A DNA stretch of 64,000 nucleotides, taken from Eledone cirrhosa. Its lineage: Eukaryota. Below are positions 39,099 to 52,149 of this stretch, piece after piece; within the stretch, counting starts at the first letter, position 1, and every line of letters begins with the position of its first letter. The notes under the pieces were generated by a model. The model worked only from the letters and a program-made list of their open reading frames with translations. It had not been told where the DNA came from and searched no databases. A program made the position numbers and the translations under genes. The DNA is taken from NCBI GenBank assembly GCA_964016885.1, contig OZ024741.1:34286001-34350000 (forward strand). Reading direction: 5' to 3'.

Positions 39099-39597
39099 TA
39101 TTATAAAGTAACCGGGACCCGATGGCTGTGTCTGGACCTAGTTGTTGAAACAGCAAGAGCTCAGCCGTTGGGGTCTCAACTCTTTATAATATAATCATAC
39201 TCTTCTACCCCAAATGTTGAGTACTCTATTGAGTAATGGTTTAACCATCTTGATTTATATATATATACATATCAGAATGGAGGCAGTAAAAGCCAGTTAG
39301 ACCATTACTCACCCGAGTACTTGATACTTGGGGTAGTAGAATAGGTAACATGAAAAATTCAGGACCTCAATGGCTGAGCTCCAGTTATTTCAACAGCTAG
39401 ATCCGAACAGTTTGGGTCCTGAATTTTTCATATATATATATAGAAGTAGTAACACAACAGTTAGTTCAGCATACCGAGAACAATTGTTCTCAGTATGGTG
39501 AACTAACTGTTGTGTTACCACTTCTACCAAACTCATCCCATGGACTGAGTGCTCTACCACTACGGATATTACCTTACAGTGTTCTACCTCTCTCTAT
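39099..39597. mobile_element. cluster of three (TA)n-embedded terminal-hairpin elements
   Basis: 39099-39255 (+), 39272-39431 (-) and 39441-39597 (+); each has a long hairpin abutting (TA)n plus a tail with a GAGTACTC-like motif. Confidence 0.7.
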
Positions 39598-40025
39598 ATA
39601 TATATTACTCTTTTACCTGTTCCAGCCATCCACACTTGACTGGTACTTATTTTATAGACACCTGAAAGTTTAATAGCAATGTCGGCACCGACAGGGTTGG
39701 AACTCCTAATGTCTCACTCTACTGATTCTATACCAGTTATGTGAGCCACTAACCCTCATAAGCAGAAGACCAGAAATTCAGGGTGATACTTGTAGAATAT
39801 TACTGGTACTTTAATATCATAGGCTCTGGCTGGATGAAAGATAAAGTTGACGTCAGGAGGATTTGAACTCAGAATGGATATAATAAGGATAATAATTTAG
39901 CAAAGCTCATCAGTTTAGGAGTAGAGTTCTGTCTATTGTTGTCATATGGAACTGGTTCTCTTCTAGTCATTGTTCACCGTTTTCTTCTACGTAATGGTGT
40001 CTTATTTGTTGTTGGTGTTTAGTCC

Positions 40026-40101
40026 TTCTTCTTCTTCTTCTTCTTCTTCTTCTTCTTCTTCTTCTTCTTCTTCTTCTTCTTCTTCTTCTTCTTCTTCTTC
40101 T
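40026..40101. repeat. (CTT)n microsatellite
   Basis: Direct reading; another at 47295-47350. Confidence 0.97.
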
Positions 40102-40977
40102 CCACCTAGTTGTCACTGTTTAAAAACAGACAGCTCAGCTGTTTATTATTGTCAGCTCTGGTAATTGGTTAACAATTTAGTTAAATAGTAATAATAATAA
40201 TAATAGTAGTAATGGTTTCTGTAGTTGGTAGAAGAGTGAAGGATGATGTAGAAATGTGTCATCACAAAACATCTGGGAACTTACTTTATTATATGGGCTG
40301 AAAGGAAAGTAGGAAGGTAGGTCTGCCACAAGTGACCAACATATCATCATCATCTATTATATATATATATATTGTACTGGAATATGTAGTGTGTTTCTAT
40401 TCAAAACCTCAGCAAACACATCATCATTACTCCCACCATCATCATCATCATTACCATTACCATCACCATCGGTTGAGTGTATTCATGAAAACTTTTTCCT
40501 CTATAAAATGTATGGCCTTGTGCAGAAATTAGCAATCATCATCACCATCATTATTATTATTATTCATTCCATTAACACCCAACAGAGGTCACTAGTGTAT
40601 AAGCTACATTGTGTTTCCTTCCTTCAGCTTTTTTTCCCATCTGGAGAATCTGACTCATTTTTGGCAGAAAGGGATTGGTGAGATGTTTTTCTGTGGGTGG
40701 ATATCAGAACTTTGATGAGGGTATTGCTGTTTTCTTTCATTGGATAACTTTGTTTGTTTTTAGTTATTGTTTTTCTTGTTTAACCCCTGGTCAGCTGTGA
40801 CAATCTATAGTTTATAAAAATGTTTTTTTATTGAAACAATGTTATTGTTACAGCTCACATTAGTTCAATTTTGGCTGACTTCTTCTTGGAGTACATCTCA
40901 TAGGTTTCTTGGGTGTTTTAACCATAGTGTGTAATGTATTTATGAGTAATAATAAAGTAAGCAGTAATATTGTGATA

Positions 40978-41165
40978 ATTGTTTCTACTTTTGGCACAAG
41001 GCCAGCAATTATTCCAGTGCGTTACTGGTACTTTATTTTATCGACCCCGTAAGGATGAAAGGCAAAGTTAACCTCGGCGAGATTTGAACTCAGATCATAA
41101 AGGGAGGTAACTCTATGCTTCAAAGCATGGCGTCCGACCCTCTACCAATACTGCCAATCCAAGTG
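40978..41165 (-). mobile_element. tRNA-derived SINE, same family
   Basis: A-box-like tggcagtattggt, B-box gagttcaaatc, central block. Confidence 0.88.
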
Positions 41166-41444
41166 AGTAAAAATCATTATTTTATTGATTAATTCTGGTG
41201 AACAATGAGAAGAGAGACAACCCCAGAATTGAAATTGATTAAAAATAGAATACAGTTAGGGTGAGTTTGGTTTTTTGGCAGTACAGTAACATCTCTGAAC
41301 ATGTTTTGTTTTTTGTCTGTTATCTACATCTTTATTTAGTTATAGTATATCTTGGGCTACATTGTCTAATGTTTCCTTCCTTGTTGTTTAGACTCAAGTC
41401 ATCTTTGATCTAGGAGACATATATATATATATTTATATATGAAA

Positions 41445-42658
41445 TAATAATAATAATGAAAATATTGTGTACAGTGCTGAGGTGCACTACAACTCATCAA
41501 AAGTGTATGTGTAGTACATAGAGTAATGTACAAACATCAGGAAAATGAACAGAGCATGAGTCATGATATACACATCTGTGCATGTGTATGGAAGGGGGAC
41601 ATCAGGTGAAGTTTTGGCGAATTTCGGGAAGAATGAGGGTTTTAAAGGATGCAGTGTCTTAACAACTGACGCAAGCAGTTTGTTCCATGCTTCAGCAACT
41701 CTAAGTGTGAAAAAATGTTTCCAAAAGTCATGGGAGCTGTGCTGTTTTCTGACTCTGTAGGCATGTCCACGTGTGTTAGACACATGGAGATCAAAAAGGT
41801 ACTCAGGGTTGTTGTTGGCGAGATGGTTAATAACTTTGTGGGTGTTTACCAAGTCCATTGCCAGACGTCGGAGCTTCAATGAATCCATGCCCAGGGAAGC
41901 AAGGCGTTCAGAGTATGGTAGGTGTCTGATGGAGGGTATGCGCTTGGTTGCATGTCTCTGAACAGTTTCCAGGAGGTCAATGTTCTGAGCAAGATAGGGG
42001 ATCCAGACTGATGATGCAAATTCCAAGTGTGGTCGTACTATAGCTGTATACAGCTTTAAATAGATGGCTGGAGAGCAGCTAACAAAGGTCTTGCTGAGTG
42101 ATGCCAAGACACCCTCGGCCTTCTTAACAATTTTAGAGATGTACTTTGTCCAACACAAATTGCTGCTGACAGTAATGCCCAGGTCACATTGACAAGAGGA
42201 CTTCTTGATATCAATGTTGTGGAGGGAGTATGTGGACGCTGGATTTTTCCTCCCAAAATGCATGGTGGTACACTTATCCACAGCCAGCTTCAGTTGCCAG
42301 TCTGTGATCCATTGCTGCATAGTGTCCAGGTCTGATTGTAGGAAAGAGTTGTAGATTTCAGGATCTGTCCTTTTGATTTCAAGGTACAGCTTGATGTCAT
42401 CTGCATATTTCAGTACTGTGGCATTCTTTAAGTTGGCATCTATGTCATTAATGTATGCAACAAACAAAAGGGGAACAAGAACAGATCCCTGTGGTACACC
42501 AGATGACATCTCATATTGTGAAGAATGCTGTCCTAGAACCGTGACTACCTCTTTTCGGCTGAGAATGAAGGATTTCAACCAGTTAAAAAGATCATCATTC
42601 ACACCCATTGCAGAGAGTTTCGCCATAAGTATTTTGTGTGGCACAGGATTAAAAGCAT
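41445..42658 (-). mobile_element. 5'-truncated CR1 LINE, RT C-terminal 1.2 kb
   Basis: AFNPVPH...SGVPQGSVL...KYADDIKLY...DLGITVS...VRPHLEFAS...FFTLRVAEAWNKL; gtagtgcacctcag 3' motif and (ATT)n tail. Confidence 0.95.
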
Positions 42659-42914
42659 ATAACACTGTCCCTACCAACACCAGTTAACATATCACTGATC
42701 TGATTGGTAAACTCTTAATTCTTGCTACTGATAAAAATATAAATGGCCATATATAATTATAATTAATAAACTATATAATTAGCTGTACTAATTAGTAGAT
42801 TGTGTAGTAATTAGGGATCTGACCCTAATTTTCGATCCTGCCTGACTATATGTTAGTGTGTGAAATCAACTTCTTACTTTATCTCAGTCATACAGATAAT
42901 TATATTTATTATTG

Positions 42915-43120
42915 CAGTGAATTTGCAGAATTATTAGAACATTGGACAAAATTGCCTCACGATATACATTCTGAGTTCAAATCCTGCTAATGTTGACTTT
43001 GCCTTTCATCCTTCCAGGGTCGATAAAATAAAGTACTAATAGCACACGGGGGTAAATTTAATCAACTTTGCCCTCCCCTAAAATTGTTGGCCTTGTGCCT
43101 AAATCAGAAACTGTTATTAT
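42915..43120 (+). mobile_element. tRNA-derived SINE, same family
   Basis: B-box, central block, tail ggccttgtgcctaaatcagaaac(ATT)n. Confidence 0.85.
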
Positions 43121-44135
43121 TAGTCTTATTTCTATTGTTTCATCACTGCATTATCAAGCACAACTCTTGGTTCCTTGGGTATGTGCAGTGTAGTTTTTGG
43201 TGGTAGTGTTTCTATCATGTGGAGAGTACTCTTCATAATATGTGTGCAGTACCTAGTAGTGCTATTTTTTGTATGCTGTATATATTTGTAAGCCCTGAGG
43301 TTTTGGCTATCCGTCAGTCTCTGTGTTTTTTATCATTTCCAGATCACATATTATTATAGGTTTTGTTTCTATTTTCATCAACCACATTTGGGTTATTTCT
43401 ATATCTAGATCTTTATATTTGGATAATTTCTACATTTCCTTGGTAGATATGTCAATTAGAAGGCGTTGTTGTTTTTTTGTGGTCTTTGACTATTATATCC
43501 GCTCGGTTGGCTTTCATCTCCCTGTTTGTGTGTATTGGCATATCCTAGAGTATGATTCCTTTATCATTTTTTGATACCTTTTCTGGTGTGTGATTGGACC
43601 ATCTTTTTTCTGTTGGTATTTTATAATGTAGATATAACTTCCAGTGTAACTCCCAATGCTATCATGTCTGTGGATGTATTCTTTTTAATCTAACACAAGC
43701 AGCCAGATATAATCTGGTTAATTGTTTCTTCTCCACCTCCACATATTCTGCAGTTACTGTGTTCTGCTTCATTATGTACTTCTGGTAATTTCTAGTATGG
43801 AGGTTTGATCTTGTTACGATTAGGACTCCTTTGATTTCGGCTTTTAGTCCAGTGTTTTATAGTAAGTTTTCTGAGTTTTGCTTGTCTACTTCCTCTCTAT
43901 TCAACTTTTTTCAGGTATTGGCCATGTAAGGAATTTTCTTGCCAACGTTTTGACATGATATTTTGAAGGTCTGTTTTCAATTTAGATTTTATGTTTTTCA
44001 CAATATTTGTTGTTTCTTCTTTGTTTTCATTAACCTCACAATTATCTGTTAATCCAACTGCTGTTCTGAATATGTTGGCTTCCTTGAAGACAAAACATTT
44101 TTTGTTTTATGTTTTGTGGTTATTTGAATTAACTT
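43113..44135 (-). mobile_element. decayed R4/Dong-like non-LTR element 3' end (CCHC knuckle plus restriction-like endonuclease)
   Basis: WQENSLHGQY, GLKAE, CRICGGGEETINQIISGC, IL*DMPIHTNREMKANRADIIVKD, KLSKYKDLDIEI, ALLGTAHIL; (TAA)n tail. Confidence 0.88.
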
Positions 44136-44204
44136 TATTATAATTATTATTGTTGTTGGCCTTGTGCCTAAATCAGAAACCATTATTATAATTATTATTA
44201 TTAA

Positions 44205-44405
44205 GGGCGGTGAGTTGGCAGAATCAGTAGAGCATTGGACAAAATTCTTTGTTGTATTTAGTTATGAGTTTCTACATTCTGATTTCAAATTTCTCCAAAG
44301 TTAATTTTGCCTTTCATCCTTACGGGGGTCACTAAAATAAAGTACCAGTAATGCACTGGGGTCAATTTAATCAACTTTCTCCTTCCCCCAAAATTGTTGG
44401 CCTAT
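44205..44405 (+). mobile_element. tRNA-derived SINE, same family, with intact 5' end
   Basis: ggcggtgagttggcagaatcagt head and central block. Confidence 0.85.
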
Positions 44406-44559
44406 ACAGCAGCTGGAGAATCTAATAATTTTATTTTACATTAAAAAAACATACATGACAAAAAAAAAACATTACAAGAAATCCTATATTTACCAACGTA
44501 CACTATACAATTACCGATCCCTCCCCCTATTATTTGGGACCTGAGAATATTTAGTTTCC

Positions 44560-44880
44560 CTCCTCAGGTCGGTCCTCATCTAGATGGCATGTAGTATTCT
44601 AATCTTGACCATCCTGTCTTTTATTCAGACAAAGTCTATCTGAGACTACATTGTCCAATGTATCCTTCCTAGTTATTGTTTTGCTCCTGGTCAGCCTTGA
44701 TCTAACAGACTTATTCTCAGATATTCCAGATGTGACCATCCTGTCTTTTATTCAGACATAGTCTATCTAGTATAACATTGTTCACTGTATCCTAATTATC
44801 TTTTAAGATGGTAGTATATGATTTGAAAGAGATTTGGCTACTATTTTTAGCATGTTCAGTGACTGTATAGAGGCTCCCAC
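44560..44880 (+). mobile_element. unclassified interspersed repeat (gatttggctgctattt.tagcagg family)
   Basis: Related copies at ~13890-14000 (-), 23680-23850, 38370-38700 and 50915-51110. Confidence 0.6.
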
Positions 44881-45389
44881 ATTGATTGGCTGATGTTAGG
44901 AGGGGAGAAATATTTTCTCTTTCAACAATTCCTTGTCTTGGAGATTACCAACATGTTTTTACACACTGGAATAATCAGATGTGTGTAGCAAGCAGCACTA
45001 ATATCTCTTCCTTCTTATAACCCCCCCCCCCCTCTCTCTCTGCTCTCTCTCTCTCTCTCTCACCATGGCAACAACAGCTGCAAGTGGCAAGCTAAATACT
45101 GTTGTTCCCAATGAAATCATAATAATGTGTTAATTTTCCTGCCAACCCTGACCCCATAGTCATAGCAATAATGTGTGTGTATGTGTATAAGTGTATGGTA
45201 TTTCTACATATATATGTATGTTATGTATTACATACATCTGTGTGATCTCATTGATAAACATATTTTGAATTAAGTCCAAAATCCACAAGCAATTCTTCCT
45301 ACATTATTGCTCTGTATATGTGTATGTATGTTGTATATGTGTATGTATGTTGTATATGTGTATGTATGTTGTATATTTGTATGTGTATG

Positions 45390-45710
45390 TGAAGGCACAT
45401 GACTTTGTGGTTAGGGTATTCGGTTTACAATTTAAGGTTGTGAGTTTGATTCCCAGTGGCGTGTTGTGTTCTTGTGTACATCACTTTATTTTATGTTGCT
45501 TCAGTCTACTCAGCTGGCAAAAAGGAGTTGTACCTGTAGTTCGAATGGTCAGCCTTGTTGCATTCTGTGTCATGCTGAATCTCCCTGAGTACCATGTTAA
45601 GAGTGCACATGTCTGTGGAATGCTCAGCCACTTACACTTTAATTTCACGAGCAGGCTGTTCCATTGATCAGATCAACTGGAACACTTGTCATCGTAACTG
45701 ATGGAGTACC
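45390..45710 (+). mobile_element. tRNA-derived SINE with CORE-like block
   Basis: A-box-like gtggttag, B-box-like gagtttgattccc, then the gtgttcttg...cactttatttt block. Confidence 0.65.
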
Positions 45711-45904
45711 TCAGTATATGTGAGTATTTTGTCTTATACACACATTGGGGTAACTATCCTTCCTATAAACAGTAGGGTTAATTCATCTTCTGCCATAAGG
45801 TCCTTCCATGACCCACCAATAAAGAGTACACATTTTATCACCTCAACACTTTCCCAATCACACATCACATGTCCATGTAAACACAATTGACCCTGTCTTA
45901 CATA

Positions 45905-46092
45905 TATTGTTTCTACTTTTGGCATAAGGCCAGCAAGTACCCAGTACATTACTGGTACTTTATTTTATCGACCCCGTAAGGATGAAAGGCAAAGTTAACC
46001 TCGATGGGATTTGAACTCAGACCATAAAGGGAAGTAACAATACTGGAAAGCATGGTGTCCGACCCTCTACCGATACTGCTAATTCACCGCCT
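45905..46092 (-). mobile_element. tRNA-derived SINE, same family, full length
   Basis: ggcggtgaattagcagtatcggt ... gagttcaaatccc ... central block ... tail. Confidence 0.9.
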
Positions 46093-46360
46093 TCCATATA
46101 TCACCAGCTGATATCCTAATACAGACACACACCCCCATCACATGTCCTAATACAGAACCCCCCCCCACATAACATGTCCTAATATAGACATTCCCCTACT
46201 TTATCTGCCCTCTTCAGTTGGTACCTTTCATGTCAGTTAACATTACATGAGTGAATTTGATAGATAGATACTATAGGAAGCCCATTATATATATATATAT
46301 ATACACACATATATGTATGCATGTATACAAACACACATGCATATGTGCACACACACACAC

Positions 46361-46437
<77 letters not shown>

Positions 46438-47349
46438 CACATATACACACACACTCATATATGTACACATGTATACAAACACACATGCATATGTGCACAC
46501 ACACACACACACACCCATATATATATATATATTATATAGAAATGATTAACATATATATATATATATACACATGTACACACACATATGTACACATAACACC
46601 TATATCTTTTTACCATCGCTATGTATTGACCCTTCTTGTGTTTTTATACTAAAATAAAACAAACAAAATATGTGTATATTTATATATATATATATATACA
46701 CATACATACACATAAATATCATCATGATCCACACTGTTTAACATACATTTTTCCATGCTACACATCTCGTATATATATATATATATATATATATACATAC
46801 ATACATGTATACCTCTAGGGATATTAATGGAACATTTGGAATGAAAATATCAATAAAATACATCGAAGCATATCAGATCCTCCATTGTTATGTGTGTGTA
46901 GAATACAATAAGAATCAAGTATTGTTAGTGTTGTATAAATGAGTTGTCCACTGGGCGATAACATCCCATCAAATATTTATAGGAAAAAGAATGTCTGTGG
47001 ACAATTAATGAGAAATCTACAGTGTTTCTAGTGAGATTTACCTCTTGCTTTCCACTGAAATATATCAATCAGAGGTAGGTTGGTTATGTCCACCTGGTGT
47101 GGTCACTGTACATCAACCACGGGCAGGATGGCAATGACCATCTGTTGTAGTCAGTCAGTGGAGGGTTTAGCCCTTTCATTACCAACCCAACCCTGCTTTT
47201 GTTATATGACACAAAACCACCCATTTTAAAGGGTTTCTACTTAAATTGAAATCTTCCAACAATTTTGTATTAGAACCATATGTTGTTTCTATCTTTCTTC
47301 TTCTTCTTCTTCTTCTTCTTCTTCTTCTTCTTCTTCTTCTTCTTCTTCT

Positions 47350-47590
47350 TGAGAGGGTCATGGGAGCAGAGGCCTCAAACACTCCTTCCAGTGGGTCCTG
47401 TCAGAAGCAACTGATCCTGCTGGATCCCCAAGCAGGACCAGCCAAGCTCATGAATGTTATCCAACTATCTTGCTTGGTTTTACCCGTAAAATCTTAACCA
47501 CATGCCCATAGTATTGGAGCTGTGATCTCTCAAGTCAGAGACGTAGCAACTCTATCTGGAGTGACTCTCTCATATCTGAGCTACACACTC
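47350..47590 (-). mobile_element. RTE-clade fragment (Expander/Rex3-like) with (AAG)n tail
   Basis: Homologous to 9240-9590; tail expanded to the (CTT)n at 47295-47350. Confidence 0.75.
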
Positions 47591-48129
47591 TATCCAGTAA
47601 TGTTACTCCAAAGACCCTTCAGAGGAATCCCATTTTGGCCGCTTGTATTCGCGATCATATTCACAAAATAATAATTATCTCTTATTGGCCAGTAAGGCTG
47701 AAGATATTGATGACAGTACAAGAATGGAATACAATGCGAGGAGAGATCTTCATTGACTAAAAAGAAGTTTAAGAAATCAACAAAAACAACAAATATCGGT
47801 GTCAACAAGTGTTGGGAGGGAGGGGGGGATAATTCAAGGGAGATAACTGAAACAAAGTAAGAATGGATTATGATGATGATGATGATGATGATGACAAATT
47901 GATCACTTGGATAGTTTCATATGTAGAATGAAGGTGAGGTGAAGGTGTTGGGTGTGAGGGTGAGGTGATGGAGTGGTGGAAAGGCATGGGGAGAGAGAGA
48001 TGTGAAACCTGAACCTGATTGAAAGGAAATAGATAAAGAGAGGACCCCGCCTCCCCTAACCAGCTAACTTCCATATTGATTTGATGTAAATTACTGACTC
48101 TCATCTTCCCCTACCACCACTATCACCCC

Positions 48130-50192
48130 TCTCTCTTTCCAATAACTACTACTACTACCACTTCAACTACTACATCATCATCAACAACAGCTACTACAAC
48201 TATTACCACTACTACAGCAACAGCTACTACCACTTCTACAATAACAACAACAGCTACTACTGCCACAATTATCACTTCTACAACAACAACTACTACTACT
48301 ACATCTACCACTACTGCAATAATAACACTACATCAACAACAGCTACTACTACTACTACATCTACCACAACTACATCAACAACAGCTACTACAACTACTAC
48401 TACTACTACATCTACCACTACTGAAATAATAACAACTACATCAACAACAGCTACTACAACTACTACTACTACTACATCAACAACAGCTACTACTACTACT
48501 ACTACTACTACATCAACAACAGCTACTACAACTACTACTACTACATCTACCACAACTACATCAACAACAGCTACTACAACTACTACATCAACAACAGCTA
48601 CTACAACTACTACTACTACAACTACATCAACAACAGCTACTACAACTACTACTACTACATCAACAACAGCTACTACAACTACTACTACTACATCAACAAC
48701 AGCTACTACAACTACTACTACTACATCAACAACAGCTACTACAACTACTACTACTACATCTACCACAACTACATCAACAACAGCTACTACAACTACTACT
48801 ACTACATCTACCACAACTACATCAACAACAGCTACTACTACTACTACATCTACCACAACTACAATAATAACTACTACTACTACTACTACATCTACCACAA
48901 CTACATCAACAACAGCTACTACAACTACTACTACTACATCTACCACAACTACATCAACAACAGCTACTACAACTACTACTACTACTACATCAACAACTAC
49001 TACTACTTCTACCACAACTACATCAACAACAGCTACTACTACTACTACTACTACTACATCTACCACAACTACAATAATAACAACTACATCAACAACAGCT
49101 ACTACAACTACTACTACTACTACTACATCTACCACAACTACATCAACAACAGCTACTACAACTACTACTACTACTACTACTACATCTACCACAACTACAT
49201 CAACAACAGCTACTACAACTACTACTACATCTACTACAACTACATCAACAACAGCTACTACAACTACTACTACTACTACTACTGCTACTACATCTACCAC
49301 AACTACATCAACAACAGCTACTACAACTACTACTACTACTACTACATCTGCCACAACTACATCAACAACAGCTACTACAGCAACAACTACTACAACAACT
49401 ACTACAACAACCACTACTACAACAACTACTACAACAACCACTACTACAACTACTACTACAACAATAACTACCACAACAACTATCACTTTTACAATAGCAA
49501 CAACACCTACTACCACTACTACACCATCAACAACACCTACTACAGCTACAGCTACAACAACTACTACAGCCACTACCACTACTACAATGACAACAGCACC
49601 TACAACTACTACCGCCACCACCACTACTACTACTATAGCTACAACAACTACCACTACCACCATAACAACAGCAACTACAACACCTACTACTACTATCACA
49701 GCTACTACAACAACAACTACCACCACTACAACTACAACAACTACCACTACCACCATAACAACAGCAACTACAACACCTACTACTACTACCACAGCTACTA
49801 CAACAACTACTACCACCACTACAACAACTAGAACTACCATTACCACTATAACAACAGCAACTACAACACCTACTACTACCACAGCTACTACAACAACTAC
49901 CACTACTACTATAACAACAGCAACTACAACACCTACTACTACTACCACAGCTACTACCACCACTACAACAACTACAACGACTACCACTATCACTATAACA
50001 ACAGCAACTACAACACCTACTACTACTACCACAGCTACTACAACAACAACTACCACTATAGCAACTACCACCACTACAACAACAACTACCACCACTACAA
50101 CAACAACTACCACCACTACAACAACAACTACCACCACTACAACAACAACTACCACCACTACAACAACAACTACCACCACTACAACAACTACA
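48130..50192. repeat. 2-kb (ACT/ACA) compound satellite
   Basis: Recurring catcaacaacagctactac core; source of the 622-aa poly-V ORF. Confidence 0.97.
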
Positions 50193-50276
50193 ATGTTCTA
50201 CATTAATGAACAACTTCCATTGGAGAGTCAATATTGATTTAGTAATCAGTAATCAAATAGTTAAGGAGATAATTAG

Positions 50277-50840
50277 TGTGATTGTGTGTGTGTGTGTGTG
50301 TGTGATTGTGATTGTGTGTGTGTGTGTGTGTATGTGATTGTGTTTGTGTGTGTGTGATTGTGTGTGTGTGTGTGTATGTGATTGTGTGTGTGTGTGTGTG
50401 ATTGTCTGTGATTGTGATTGTGTGTGTGTGTGTGTGATTATGAGTGTGTGTGATTATGAGTGTGTGTGGGTGTGTGTGATTATGAGTGTGTGTGTGTGTG
50501 TGATTGTGATTGTGTGTGTGTCAGAATATCGGTGGATGAGTTGTCTGTCTATGTGTGTCTGTTCGGAAGTTTGTGTGTGTGTGCCTATATATATATATAT
50601 ATATAATTATGACTATGAGTGTGTGACTGTACAAGTGTGTGTGTGTCAGTGTGTATATGTGTGTGTGTGTGTTTGTATATGTGTGACTGTACATGTGTGT
50701 GTGCCTGTATATATCTGTGTGTGTCAGTCTGTATATATGTGTGTATATGTGTGACTGTACATGTGTGTGTGTGTTTGTATATGTGTGATTACATGTGTGT
50801 ATAACTGTACATGTGTGTGTGTGTGTGTGTGTGTGTATGT
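50277..50840. repeat. (GT)n-rich tract
   Basis: Direct reading. Confidence 0.9.
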
Positions 50841-51484
50841 TTGTATGTGGATTGCAGAATATCGGTGAATGTCATCTTTGTATGTTTTGTGTGTGGGCAT
50901 TGTTGTTGTTGTTGTTATTTAACCCTAGGCCAGCTCTATTTGGGCAGACTTATGGTAAAAAATGTTTCCACCTTAACCATCCTGATTTCTTTCTACGTCA
51001 GGAACAGCGTCATCTAATGTATCCTTCCTTTTTTTTTTGAGATAGCATGATGAAATTTAAGGGGTATTTGGCTGCTATCTTTAGCAGGTCAAATGACTAC
51101 ATAGTCACATGTGTGGTGTGTGTGTGTGTGTGTGTGGTGTATGTATGTGTGTGTGTGTGTGTAATTCAGTCCATTGGTGTATTACATCTGATCTTTAGAA
51201 GTTGAGATACCACACAAGTATAGATATCATATGTATATAATACTGAAACTATGATCTTCATGTTACATTCATATTATACACTCACTCCATTTCTGTTTGT
51301 GTATGTGTGTGTATGGTGGTGATGGGGATTGCGTGTGTGTGTGTGTGTGTGTGAATTTTATATTTTAGCTTAATACAAATTTACTAAGGAAAGATATTGT
51401 TTCATCTTGTGAATTGTGAGAGTAATAAGGAAAGAAGAGAAAAATTCCAAGTATATAGAAGTTTGGAGAAACATATCAGTAGGT

Positions 51485-51690
51485 TCATCATCATCATCAT
51501 CGTTTAACATCCATTTTTCCTCACTAGCATGGGTTAGATGAGTTGTCCTGTTGTGACACAAGCCAAATCAAATGACACTGTCTTGCTCATACAGAACTGA
51601 TTCTGGCTTGATTTATATGGCTGGATGCCCTTCCCAACACCAACCACTTTATAGTGTGGACTGGACACTTTGTCATGGCACCTACATGAC
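51485..51690 (-). mobile_element. RTE long-3'UTR / SINE 3' half
   Basis: gctggatgcccttcccaacaccaacc motif and tail. Confidence 0.8.
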
Positions 51691-51696
51691 ATGCTG

Positions 51697-52125
51697 TGCA
51701 GAATATCGTTAAGTCCCTTTACATTCTGAGTTCAAATCTCACCAAGTTAGCTTTGCCTGTCACCCTTATGGTGTTGATAAAATAAAGTACCAGTAATGCA
51801 CTGGTGTCGATTTAATCAACTGTTCCTATCCAAAAATTGTTGGGGCCTTGTGCCTATATCAAAACCCCTTATTAACAGATTATATTATATAAAACTGTTA
51901 AAGAAGCTTTTACCATTTGAAATATTTTCTTATTATTTATGTAATAAATGTTTCTACTTTTGGTACAAGGTTAACAATTATCCCAGTGTATTACTGGTAC
52001 TTTATTTTATCAACCCCGTAAGGATGAAGAGCAAAGTTAACCTCGGCGGGATTTGAACTCAAACCATAAAGGGCCGTAACTCTTTGCTGCAAAGCATGGC
52101 GTCCGATCCTCTACCGATACTGCCA
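51697..52125. mobile_element. two tRNA-derived SINEs, tail-to-tail (51697-51870 +, 51945-52125 -)
   Basis: Central block present in both orientations. Confidence 0.85.
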
Positions 52126-52149
52126 TAAATGAGAGGATTTGGGTTGAGA

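Noticed and set aside
47590-47810. Non-repetitive stretch with ~50-aa open frames
   Set aside because: No recognisable motif or splice sites.
48311-50237. 622-aa poly-Val and 216-aa poly-Thr mucin-like ORFs
   Set aside because: They are translations of a triplet satellite that is open on both strands, with no unique domain or splice context.
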